In this document: positions 15,766 to 29,900 of the stretch, piece after piece
Position numbering within the stretch: position 1 is the first letter of the stretch
How the letters are laid out: the number at the start of each line of letters is the position of its first letter
Assembly: GCF_009914755.1 (NCBI RefSeq)
Contig: NC_060933.1
Reading direction: 5' to 3' (one strand)
From: the human T2T-CHM13v2.0 reference genome, Homo sapiens
DNA: 64,000 nucleotides
Translations under genes and position numbers: made by a program
Notes under the pieces: model-generated
The model's input: only the letters and a program-made list of their open reading frames with translations
What the model was told of the DNA's origin: nothing
The model's database searches: none

Positions 15766-18700
15766 CAACGCGAGTGCAGGGGAATGGAACGGAATGGAAT
15801 GCAATGGAATGGAATCTTCCGGAATGGATCGGAATGGAATGGAATGGAATGGAATGGAATGGAATGGAATATACCCGAGTGCAATGGAATGGAGTGGAAT
15901 GAAATGGAATGGAATGGAACAACCCGAATGGAATGCAATGTAATGGAGAGTAAGGGAGTTGAATAGAATCAATCCGAATGTAATGGAATGGAATGGAACG
16001 GAATGGAATTGAATGGAATGGAATGGAATGCAATGGAATGGAATCAACCCGAGTTCAATGGAATTGAGAGGAATGGAATGGAATGGAATGGAAACTACCC
16101 GAATGGAATGGAATGTAATGGAGTGTAAGGGAATTGAATAGAATCAATCCGAATGTAATGGAATGGAATGGAACGGAATGGAATGCAATGGAATGGAATG
16201 GAAAGGAATGGAATGGAATGGAATGGAATGGATTGGAATGGAATGGAATGCAATGGAATGGAATCAACCCGAGTGCAATCGAATGGAATCGAATAGAATG
16301 GAATGCAATGGAATGGATTCAACTTGAATGGAATGGAAAGAATGGAATCAACACCAGTGCAATGGCATGGATTGGAATGGAATGGAATGGAATCAACCCG
16401 AGTACAGGGGAATGGAATGGAATGGAATGCAATGGAATGGAATCATCCGTAATGGAATGGAAAGGAATGGAATGGAATGGAATGGAATGGAATGGAATGG
16501 AATCAACTCGATTGCAATCGAATGGAATGGAATGGAATTAACCGAATTGAATGGAATGGAATGGAATGGAATGGAACGGAATGGAATGGAATGGAATGGA
16601 ATGGAATGGAATGGAACGGAAAGGAAAGGAATGGAATGGAATAGAATGGAATGGAATGGAATCAACGCGAGTGCAGGGGAATGGAATGGAATGGAATGCA
16701 ATGGAATGGAATCTTCCGGAATTGAATGGAATGGAATGCAATGGAATGGAATGGAGTGGAATCAACTCGATTGCAATCGAATGGAATGGAATGGAATGGA
16801 ATGGAATGGAACAACCCGAATGGAATGGAATGTAATGGAGAGTAAGGGAGTTGAATAGACTCAATCCGAATGTAATGGAATGGAATGGAACTGAATGGAA
16901 TTGAATGGAATGGAATGGAATGCAATGGAATGGAATCAACCCGAGTGCAATGAAATGGAGAGGAATGGAATGGAATGGAATGGAAACTACCCGAATGGAA
17001 TGGAATGTAATGGAGTGTAAGGGAATTGAATAGAATCAATCCGAATGTAATGGAATGGAATGGAACGGAATGGAATGGAATGGAATGGAAGGCAATGGAA
17101 TGGAATCAACCCGAGTGCAATCGAATGGAATCGAATGGAATGGAATACAATGGAATGGATTCAACTTGAATGGAATGGAAAGAATGGAATCAACACGAGT
17201 GGAATGGCATGGATTGGAATGGAATGGAATGGAATCAACGCGAGTACAGGGGAATGGAATGGAATGGAATGCAATGCAATGGAATCATCCGTAATGTAAT
17301 GGAAAGGAATGGAATGGAATGGAATGGAATGGAATCAACTCGATTGCAATCGAATGGAATGGAATGGAATTAACCCGAATAGAATGGAATGGAATGGAAT
17401 GGAACGGAACGGAATGGAATGTAATGGAATGGAATGGAATGGAACGGAACGGAATGGAATGGAATGGAATGGAATGGAATGGAATCAACGCGAGTGCAGG
17501 GGAATAGAATGGAATGGAATGCAATGGAATGGAATCTTCCGGAATGAAATGGAATGGAATGGAATGGAATGGAATGGAATGGAATGGAATGGAATGGAAT
17601 CAACTCGATTGCAATCGAATGGAATGGAATGGAATTAACCCGAATAGAATGGAATGGAATGGAATGGAACGGAACGGAACGTAATGGAATGGAATGGAAT
17701 GGAATGGAACGGAACGGAATGGAATGGAATGGAATGGAAAGAAATGGAATGGAATCAACGCGAGTGCAGGAGAATGGAATGGAATGGAATGCAATGGAAT
17801 GGAATCTTCCGGAATGGAATGGAATGGAATGGAATGCAATGAAATGCAATGGGTTCAACTCGATTGCAATGGAATGGAATAGAATGGAATGGAATGGAAT
17901 GGAATGGAATTAATTCGAATAGAATGGAATGGAATGGAATGGAACGGAATGGAACAGAATGGAATGGAATGGAATGGAATGGTATGGAATTGAATGGAAT
18001 GGTACGGAATAGAATGGAATGGAACGAATTGTAATGCAATGGAATTGAATGGAATGGAATGGAATGGAATGGAATCAACGCGAGTGCAGGGGAATGTAAT
18101 GGAACGGAATGCAATGGAATGGAATCATCCGCAATGGAATGGAATGGAATGGAATGGAATGGAATCAACCCGAGTGCAATGGAATGGAGTGGAATGGAAT
18201 GGAATGGAATCAACCCGAGTGCAATGGAATGGAAAGGAATGGAATGGAATGGAAGGGAATGGAATGGAATGGAATGATACGGAATAGAATGGAATGGAAC
18301 GAAATGGAATGGAATGGAATGGAATGGAATGGAATGGTACGGAATAGAACGCAATGGAACGAAGTGGAATGGAATGGAATGGAATGGAATGGAATGGAAT
18401 GGAATGGTACGGAATAGAACGGAATGGAACGAACTGGAATGGAATGGAATCGTTCCGAGTGGAATAGGAGGGAATGTATTCGAGTGGAATGGAAAGGAAT
18501 GGAATCAACCAGAGTGGAATGGAAGGGAATGGAATGGAATGGAAACTAATAGAATGGAAACAACCCAAGAGGAATGGAATGGAAAGGAATGGAATGGAAT
18601 GGAATGGAATGGAATCAACTCGATTGTAATGGAATGGAATGGAATGGAATGGAATGGAATGGAATTAACCCGAATACAATGCAATGGAATGGAATGGAAT

Positions 18701-21700
18701 GGAATGGAATGCAATGGAATGGAATCATCCGGAATGGAATGGAATGGAATGGAATGCAAAGCAATGGAATCAACTCGATTGCAATGGAATGGAATGGAAT
18801 GGAAAGGAATACATTGGAATCAACCCGAGTGTAATGGAATGGAAAGGACTGGAATGGAGTGGAATGGAATGGAATGCAATGGAATGGAATCATCCGTAAT
18901 GGAATGGAAAGGAATGGAATGGAATGGAATGGAATGGAATGGAATGGAATCAACTCGATTGCAATCGAATGGAATGGAATGGAATTAACCCGAATAGAAT
19001 GGAATGGAATGGAATGGAACGGAACGGAACGCAATGGAATGCATTGGAATGGAATGGAATGGAATGGAATGGAACGGAAAGGAATGGAATGGAATGGAAT
19101 GGAATGGAATGGAATGGAATCAACGCGAGTGCAGGGGAATGGAATGGAATGGAATGCAATGGAATGGAATCTTCCGGAATGGAATGGAATGGAATGGAAT
19201 GGAATGGAATAAACCCGAGTGCAATGGAATGGAGTGGAATGGAATGGAATGGAATGGAACAACCCGAATGGAATGGAATGTAATGTAGAGTAAGGGAGTT
19301 GAATACAATCAATCAGAATGTAATGGAATGGAATGGAACGGAATGGAATGGAATGGAATGCAATGGAATGGAATGGAATGCAATCAACCCGAGTGCAATG
19401 GAATGGAGTGAAATGGAATGGAATGCAATGGAATGGATTCAACTTGAATGGAAAGGAAAGAATGGAATCAACACGAGTGGAATGGCATGGATTGGAATGG
19501 AATGGAATGGAATCAACCCGAGTACAGGGGAATGGAATGGAATGGAATGCAATGGAATGGAATCATCAGTAATGGAATGGAAAGGAATGGAAAGGACTGG
19601 AATGGAATGGAATGGAATGGAATGGAATCAACTCGATTGCAATCGAATGGAATGGAATGGAATTAACCCGAATAGAATGGAATGGAATGGAATGGAACGG
19701 AACGGAATGGAATGGAATGGAATGGAATGGAACGGAAAGGAATGGAATGGAATGGAATGGAATGGAATGGAATGGAATCAACGCGAGTGCAGGGGAATGG
19801 AATGGAATCGAATGGAATGGAAAGGAATGGAATGGAATCAACCCGAGTGCAGGGGAATGTAATGGAACGGAATGCAATGGAATGGAATCATCCGGAATGG
19901 AATGGAATGGAATGGAATGGAATCAACCCGAGTCAATGGAATGGAGTGGAATGGAATGGAATGGAATGGCACAACCCGAATGGAATGTAATGTAATGGAG
20001 AGTAAGGGAGTTGAAAAGAATCAATCCGAATGAAATGGAATGGAATGGAAGGGAATGGAATGAAATGGAATGGAATGGAATGGAATGCAATGCAATGGAA
20101 TGGAATCAAACCGAATACAATGGAATGGAATGGAATGGAATGGAATGGAATGGAATGGAATGGAATGGAATGGAATGGAATGGAATCTTCCGGAATGGAG
20201 TGGAATGGAATGGAATGGAATGGAATGGAATGGAATGCAATGGATTCAACTCGATTACAATGGAATGGAATAGAATGGAATGGAATGGAATGGAATGGAA
20301 TGGAATTAAACCGAATAGAATGGAATGGAATGGAATGGAACGGAACAGAACGGAACGGAACGGAACGGAGTGGAATGGAATGGAATGGAATTGTATGGAA
20401 TGGAATGGAATGGTACGGAATAGAATGGAATGGAAAGAATTGGAATGGAATGGAATCGAATGGAATGGAATGGAATGGAATGGAATCAACCCGAGTGCAG
20501 GGGAATGTAATGGAACGGAATGTAATGGAATGGAATCATCCGGAATGGAATGGAATGGAATGGAATGGAATGGAATGGAATGGAATCAACCCAAGCGCAA
20601 TGGAATGGAGTGGAATGGAATGGAATGGAATGGAACAACCCGAATGGAATGGAATGTAATGGAGAGTAAGGGATTTGAATAGAATCAATCCGAATGTAAT
20701 GGAATGGAACGGAATGGAATGGAATGGAATGGAATGGAATGGAATGGAATGGAATGCAATGGAATGGAATCAACCCGAGTACAATGGAACGGAATGGAAT
20801 GGAATATAATGGAATGGAATGGAATGGAATGGAATCAACCCGAGTGCAATGGAATGGAGAGGAATGGAACGGAATGGAATGGAAACTACCCGAATGGAAT
20901 GGAATGTAATGGAGTGTAAGGGAATTGAATAGAATCAATCCGAATGGAATGGAATGGAATGGAACGGAATGTAATGGAATGGAATGGAATGGAATGGAAT
21001 CAACCCGAGTGCAGGGGAATGGAATGGAATGGAATGCAATGGAATGGAATCATCCGGAATGGAATGGAATTGAATGCAATGGAATGGAATGGAAAGGAAT
21101 GGAATGCAATGGAATTAATCCGAACAGAATGGAATGGAATGGAATGGAACGGAATGGAACGGAATGGAATGGAATGGAATGGTATGGAATGGAATGGAAT
21201 GGTACGGAATAGAATGGAATGGAAAGAATTGTAATGGAATGGAATTGAATGGAATGGAATGGAATGGAATGGAATCAACGCGAGTGCAGGGGAATGTAAT
21301 GGAACGGAATGCAATGGAATGGAATCATCCGGAATGGAATGGAATTGAATGGAATGGAATGGAATCAACCCGAGTGCAATGGAATGGAGTGGAATGGAAT
21401 GGAATGGAATGGAACAACCCGAATGGAATGGAATGTAATGGAGAGTAAGGGAGATGAAAAGAATCAATCCGAATGGAATGGAATGGAATGGAACGGAATG
21501 GAATGGAATGGAATGGAATGGAATGGAATGGAGTGGAATGGAATGGAATGGAATGGAATCGTTCCGAGTGGAATAGGAGGGAATGTTTTCGAGTGGAATG
21601 GTAAGGAATGGAATCAACCAGAGTGGAATGGAAGGGAATGGAATGGAATGGAAACTAATAGAATGGAATCAACCCGAGTGGAATGGAATGGAAAGGACTG

Positions 21701-24700
21701 GAATGGAATGGAATGGAATGGAATCAACTCGATTGTAATGGAATGGAATGGAATGGAATGGAATGGAATGGAATGGAATGGAATGGAATTAACCCGAATA
21801 CAATGGAATGGAATGGAATGGAACGGAATGGAGTGGAATGGAATGGAATCAACCTGAGTGCAGGGAAATGGAATGGAATGGAATGCAATGGAATGGAATC
21901 ATCCGGAATGGAATGGAATGGAATGCAATGGAATGGAATGGAATGGAATCAACCCGAGTGCAATGGAATGGAGTGAAATGGAATGGAATGGAATGGAAAC
22001 AACCAGAATGGATTGGAATATAATGGAGTGTAAGGGAATTGAAAAGAATCAATCTGAATGTAATGAAATGGAATGGAACGGAATGGAATGGAATGGAATG
22101 AAATGGAATGCAATGGAATGGAATCAACCCGAGTGCAATCGAATGGAATCGAATGCAATGGGATGCAATGGAATGGATTCAACTTGAATGGAAAGGAAAG
22201 AATGGAATCAACACGAGTGGAATGGCATGGATTGGAATGGAATGGAATGGAATCAACCCGAGTACAGGGGAATGGAATGGAATGGAATGCAATGGAATGG
22301 AATCATCAGTAATGGAATGGAAAGGAATGGAAAGGACTGGAATGGAATGGAATGGAATGGAATGGAATGGAATCAACTCGATTGCAATCGAATGGAATGG
22401 AATGGAATTAACCCGAATAGAATGGAATGGAATGGAATGGAACGGAACGGAATGGAATGGAATGGAATGGAATGGAACGGAAAGGAATGGAATGGAATGG
22501 AATGGAATGGAATGGAATGGAATGGAATCAACGCGAGTGCAGGGGAATGGAATGGAATCGAATGGAATGGAAAGGAATGGAATGGAATCAACCCGAGTGC
22601 AGGGGAATGTAATGGAACGGAATGCAATGGAATGGAATCATCCGGAATGGAATGGAATGGAATGGAATGGAATCAACCCGAGTCAATGGAATGGAGTGGA
22701 ATGGAATGGAATGGAATGGCACAACCCGAATGGAATGGAATGTAATGGAGAGTAAGGGAGTTGAAAAGAAACAATCCGAATGAAATGGAATGGAATGGAA
22801 GGGAATGGAATGAAATGGAATGGAATGGAATGGAATGCAATGCAATGGAATGGAATCAAACCGAATACAATGGAATGGAATGGAATGGAATGGAATGGAA
22901 TGGAATGGAATGGAATGGAATGCAATGGAATGGAATCTTCCGGAATGGAGTGGAATGGAATGGAATGGAATGGAATGGAATGGAATGCAATGGATTCAAC
23001 TCGATTGCAATGGAATGGAATAGAATGGAATGGAATGGAATGGAATGGAATGGAATTAAACCGAATAGAATGGAATGGAATGGAATGGAACGGAACAGAA
23101 CGGAACGGAACGGAACGGAGTGGAATGGAATGGAATGGAATTGTATGGAATGGAATGGAATGGTACGGAATAGAATGGAATGGAAAGAATTGGAATGGAA
23201 TGGAATCGAATGGAATGGAATGGAATGGAATGGAATCAACCCGAGTGCAGGGGAATGTAATGGAACGGAATGTAATGGAATGGAATCATCCGGAATGGAA
23301 TGGAATGGAATGGAATGGAATGGAATGGAATCAACCCAAGCGCAATGGAATGGAGTGGAATGGAATGGAATGGAATGGAACAACCCGAATGGAATGGAAT
23401 GTAATGGAGAGTAAGGGATTTGAATAGAATCAATCCGAATGTAATGGAATGGAACGGAATGGAATGGAATGGAATGGAATGGAATGGAATGGAATGGAAT
23501 GGAATGCAATGGAATGGAATCAACCCGAGTACAATGGAACGGAATGGAATGGAATGTAATGGAATGGAATGGAATGGAATGGAATCAACCCGAGTGCAAT
23601 GGAATGGAGAGGAATGGAACGGAATGGAATGGAAACTACCCGAATGGAATGGAATGTAATGGAGTGTAAGGGAATTGAATAGAATCAATCCGAATGGAAT
23701 GGAATGGAATGGAACGGAATGTAATGGAATGGAATGGAATGGAATGGAATCAACCCGAGTGCAGGGGAATGGAATGGAATGGAATGCAATGGAATGGAAT
23801 CATCCGGAATGGAATGGAATTGAAAGCAATGGAATGGAATGGAAAGGAATGGAATGCAATGGAATTAATCCGAACAGAATGGAATGGAATGGAATGGAAC
23901 GGAATGGAACGGAATGGAATGGAATGGAATGGTATGGAATAGAATGGAACGGTACGGAATAGAATGGAGTGGAACGAATTGTAATGGAATGGAATTGAAT
24001 GGAATGGAATGGAATGGAATGGAATCAACGCGAGTGCAGGGGAATGTAATGGAACGGAATGCAATGGAATGGAATCATCCGGAATGGAATGGAATGGAAT
24101 GGAATGGAATGGAATCAACCCGAGTGCAATGGAATGGAGTGGAATGGAATGGAATGGAATGGAAAAACCCGAATGGAATGGAATGTAATGGAGAGTAAGG
24201 GAGATGAAAAGAATCAATCCGAATGGAATGGAATGGAATGGAACGGAATGGAATGGAATGGAATGGAATGGAATGGAATGGAGTGGAATGGAATGGAATG
24301 GAATGGAATCGTTCCGAGTGAAATAGGAGGGAATGTTTTCGAGTGGAATGGTAAGGAATGGAATCAACCAGAGTGGAATGGAAGGGAATGGAATGGAATG
24401 GAAACTAATAGAATGGAATCAACCCGAGTGGAATGGAATGGAAAGGACTGGAATGGAATGGAATGGAATGGAATCAACTCGATTGTAATGGAATGGAATG
24501 GAATGGAATGGAATGGAATGGAATGGAATGGAATTAACCCGAATACAATGGAATGGAATGGAATGGAACGGAATGGAGTGGAAGGGAATGGAATCAACCT
24601 GAGTGCAGGGGAATGAAATGGAATGGAATGCAATGGAATGGAATCATCCGGAATGGAATGGAATGGAATGCAATGGAATGGAATGGAATGGAATCAACCC

Positions 24701-26921
24701 GAGTGCAATGGAATGGAGTGAAATGGAATGGAATGGAATGGAAACAACCAGAATGGATTGGAATATAATGGAGTGTAAGGGAATTGAAAAGAATCAATCT
24801 GAATGTAATGAAATGGAATGGAACGGAATGGAATGGAATGGAATGAAATGGAATGCAATGGAATGGAATCAACCCGAGTGCAATCGAATGGAATCGAATG
24901 CAATGGGATGCAATGGAATGGATTCAACTTGAATGGAAAGGAAAGAATGGAATCAACACGAGTGGAATGGCATGGATTGGAATGGAATGGAATGGAATCA
25001 ACCCGAGTACAGGGGAATAGAATGGAATGGAATGCAATGGAATGGAATCATCAGTAATGGAATGGAAACGAATGGAAAGGACTGGAATGGAATGGAATGG
25101 AATGGAATGGAATGGAATGGAATGGAATCAACTCGATTACAATCGAATGGAATGGAATGGAATTAACCCGAATAGAATGGAATGGAATGGAATGGAACGG
25201 AACGGAATGGAATGGAATGGAATGGAATGGAACGGAAAGGAATGGAATGGAATGGAATGGAATGGAATGGAATGGAATGGAATGGAATGGAATCAACGCG
25301 AGTGCAGGGGAATGGAATGGAATCGAATGGAATGGAAAGGAATGGAATGGAATCAACGCGAGTGCAGGGGAATGTAATGGAACGGAATGCAATGGAATGG
25401 AATCTTCCGGAATGGAATGGAATGGAATGGAATCAACCCGAGTGCAATGGAATGGAGTGGAATGGAATGGAATGGAATGGAACAACCCGAATGGAATGGA
25501 ATGTAATGGAGAGTAAGGTAGTTGAAAACAATCAATCCGAATGTAATGGAATGGAATGGAACGGAACGGAATGGAATGGAATGGAATGGAATGGAATGGA
25601 ATGGAATGGAATGCAATGGAATGGAATCAACCCGAGTACAATGGAATGGAAGGGAATGGAATGGAATGGTATGGAATGCAATGGAATGCAATGAAATGGA
25701 ATCTTCCTGAATGGAATGGAATGGAATGGAATGGAATGGAATGGAATGCAATGGATTCAACTCGATTGCAATGGAATGGAATAGAATGGAATGGAATGGA
25801 ATTGAATGGAATGGAATTAAACCGAATAGAATGGAATGGAATGGAATGGAACGGAACAGAACGGAACGGAACGGAACGGAGTGGAATGGAATGGAATGGA
25901 ATTGTATGGAATGGAATGGAATGGTACGGAATAGAATGGAATGGAAAGAATTGGAATGGAATGGAATGGAATGGAATGGAATGGAATGGAATGGAATGGA
26001 ATGGAACTGAACGGAACGGAACGGAATGGAATGGAATGGAATGGAATGGAATGGAATGGAATGGAATCAACCCGAGTGCAATGGAATGGAGAGGAATGGA
26101 ATGGAATGGAATGGAAACTACCCGAATGGAATGGAATGGAATGGAGTGTAAGGGAATTGAATAGAATCAATCCGAATGGAATGGAATGGAATGGAACGGA
26201 ATGTAATGGAATGGAATGGAATGGAATCAACCCGAGTGCAGGGGAATGGAATGGAATGGAATGCAATGGAATGGAATCATCCGGAATGGAATGGAATGGA
26301 ATGCAATGGAATGGAATGGAATGGAATCAACCCGAGTGCAATGGAATGCAGTGAAATGGAATGGAATGGAATGGAGACAACCAGAATGGATTGGAATATA
26401 ATGGAGTGTAAGGGAATTGAATAGAATCAATCTGAATGTAATGAAATGGAATGGAACGGAATGGAATGGAATGGAATGGAATGGAATGAAATGGAATGGA
26501 ATGCAATGGAATGGAATCAACCCGAGTGCAATCGAATGGAATCGAATGGAATGGAATGCAATGGAATGGATTCAACTTGAATGGAATGGAAAGAATGGAA
26601 TCAACACGAGTGGAATGGCATGGAATGGAATGGAATGGAATGGAATCAACCCGAGTACAGGGGAATGGAATGTAATGGAATGCAATGGAATGGAATCATC
26701 CGTAAAGGAATGGAAAGGAATGGAATGGAATGGAATGGAATGGAATGGAATGGAATGGAATGGAATCAACTCGATTGCAATCGAATGGAATGGAATGGAA
26801 TTAACCCGAATAGAATGGAATGGAATGGAATGGAACGGAACGTAATGGAATGGAATGGAATGGAATGGAATGGAAAGGAAAGGAAGGGAATGGAATGGAA
26901 TAGAATGGAATGGAATGGAAT
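15766..26921 (+). repeat. ~11.16 kb tandem duplication, copy 2
   Basis: Colinear with 4585-15765. The offsets (11181, 11201, 11186, 11171, 11176, 11161, 11156) differ only by multiples of 5 bp. Confidence 0.93.
19437..24921 (+). repeat. Nested ~2.74 kb tandem pair inside copy 2 of the 11 kb duplication
   Basis: ATTCAACTTG at 19437/22177/24922; ATCGTTCCGAG...AATGTTTTCGAG at 21558/24308; same private variants as 8256-13745. Confidence 0.88.
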
Positions 26922-29900
26922 CAACGCGAGTGCAGGGGAATGGAATGGAATGGAATGCAATGGAATGGAATCTTCCGGAATGGAATGGAATGGAATGGAA
27001 TGGAATGGAATGGAATCAACCCGAGTGCAATGGAATGGAGTGGAATGGAATGGAATGGAATGGAACAACGCGAATGGAATGGAATGTAATGGAGAGTAAG
27101 GGAGTTGAAAAGAATCAATCCGAATGTAATGGAATGGAATGGAACGGAATGGAATGGAATGGAATGGAATGGAATGCAATGGAATGGAATCAACCTGAGT
27201 ACAATGGAATGGAATGGAATGGAATGGAATGGAATGGAATGGAATGCAATGGAATGCAATGGAATGGAATCTTCCGGAATGGAATGGAATGGAATGGAAT
27301 GGAATGGAATGCAATGGATTCAACTCGATTGCAATGGAATGGAATAGAATGGAATGGAATGGAATGGAATGGAATGGAATTAAACCGAATAGAATGGAAT
27401 GGAATGGAATGGAACGGAACAGAACGGAACGGAACGGAACGGAGTGGAATGGAAAGGAATGGAATTGTATGGAATGGAATGGAATGGTACGGAATAGAAT
27501 GGAATGGAAAGAATTGGAATGGAATGGAATCGTATGGAATGGAATGGAATGGAATGGAATCAACCCGAGTGCAGGGGAATGTAATGGAACGGAATGCAAT
27601 GGAATGGAATCATCCGGAATGGAATGGAATGGAATGGAATGGAATGGAATGGAATGGAATGGAATCAACCCGAGCGCAATGGAATGGAGTGGAATGGAAT
27701 GGAATGCAATGGAACAACCCGAATGGAATGGAATGTAATGGAGACTAAGGGAGTTGAATAGAAACAATCCGAATGTAATGGAATCGAACGGAATGGAATG
27801 GAATGGAATGGAATGGAATGGAATGGAATGGAATGGAAGGGAATGCAATGGAATGGAATCAACCCGAGTACAATGGAACGGAATGGAATGGAATGGAATG
27901 GAATGGAATGGAATGGAATGGAATCAACCCGAATGCAATGGAATGGAGAGGAATGGAATGGAATGGAATGGAAACTACCCGAATGGAATGGAATGGAATG
28001 GAATGTAAGGGAATTGAATAGAATCAATCCGAATGGAATGGAATGGAATGGAACGGAATGTAATGGAATGGAATGGAATGGAATCAACCAGAGTGCAGGG
28101 GATTGGAATGGAATGGAATGCAATGGAATGGAATCATCCAGAATGGAATGGAATGGAATGCAATGGAATGGAATGGAATGGAATCAACCCGAGTGCAATG
28201 GAATGGAGTGAAATGGAATGGAATGGAATGGAGACAACCAGAATGGATTGGAATATAATGGAGTGTAAGGGAATTGAATAGAATCAATCTGAATGTAATG
28301 AAATGGAATGGAACGGAATGGAATGGAATGTAATGGAATGGAATGGAATGCAATGGAATGGAATCAACCCGAGTGCAATCGAATGGAATCGAATGGAATG
28401 GAATGCAATGGAATGGATTCAACTTGAATGGAATGGAAAGAATGGAGTCAACACGAGTGGAATGGCATGGATTGGAATGGAATGGAATGGAATCAACCCG
28501 AGTATAGGGGAATGGAATGGTATGGAATGCAATGGAATGGAATCATCCGTAATGGAATGGAAAGGAATGGAATGGAATGGAATGGAATGGAATGGAATGG
28601 AATCAACTCGATTGCAATCGAATGGAATGGAATGGAATTAAACCGAATAGAATGGAATGGAATGGAATGGAATGGAACGCAACGGAATGGAATGGAATGG
28701 AATGGAATGGAATGGAGTGGAATGGAACGGAACGGAATGGAATGGAATGGAATGGAATGGAATGGAATGGAATCAACGCGAGTGCAGGGGAATGGAATGG
28801 AATGGAATGCAATGGAATGGAATCTTCCGGAATGGAATGGAATGGAATGGAATGGAATGGAATGAAATGCAATGGATTCAACTCGATTGCAATGGAATGG
28901 AATAGAATGGAATGGAATGGAATGGAATGGAATTAATTCGAATAGAATGGAATGGAATGGAATGCAACGGAATGGAACCCAATGGAATGGAATGGAATGG
29001 AATGGAATGGAATGGTATGGAATGGAATGGAATGGTACGGAATAGAATGGAATGGAACGAATTGTAATGGAATGGAATTGAATGGAATGGAATGGAATGG
29101 AATGGAATCAACCAGAGTGCAGGGGAATGTAATGGAACGGAATGCAATGGAATGGAATCATCCGGAATGGAATGGAATGGAATGGAATGGAATGGAATGG
29201 AATGGAATGGAATGGAATCAACCCGAGTGCAATGGAATGGAGTGGAATGGAATGGAATGGAATGGAACAACCCGAATGGAATGGAATGTAATGGAGAGTA
29301 AGGGAGTTGAATAGAATCAATCCGAATGTAATGGAATGGAATGCAACGGAATGGAATGGAATGGAATGGAATGGAATGCAATGGAATTGAATCAACCCGA
29401 GTACAATGGAATGGATTGGAATGGAATGGAATGGAATGGAATGGAATGGAATGGAATGATACGGAATAGAATGGAATGGAACGAAATGGAATGGAATGGA
29501 ATGGAATGGAATGGAATGGAATCGTTCTGAGTGGAATAGGAGGGAATGTATTCGAGTGGAATGGAAAGGAATGGAAAAAACCTGAGTGGAATGGAAGGGA
29601 ATGGAATGGAATGGAAACTAATAGAATGGAATCAACCCGAGAGGAATGGAATGGAAAGGACTGGAATGGAATGGAATGGAATGGAATCAACTCGATTGTA
29701 ATGGAATGGAATGGAATGGAATGGAATGGAATGGAATGGAATTAACCCGAATACAATGCAATGGAATGGATTGGAACGGAATGGAGTGGAATCGAATGGA
29801 ATCAACCCGAGTGCAGGGGAATGGAATGGAATGGAATGCAATGGAATGGAATCATCCGGAATGGAATGGAATGGAATGGAATGCAAAGCAATGGAATCAA

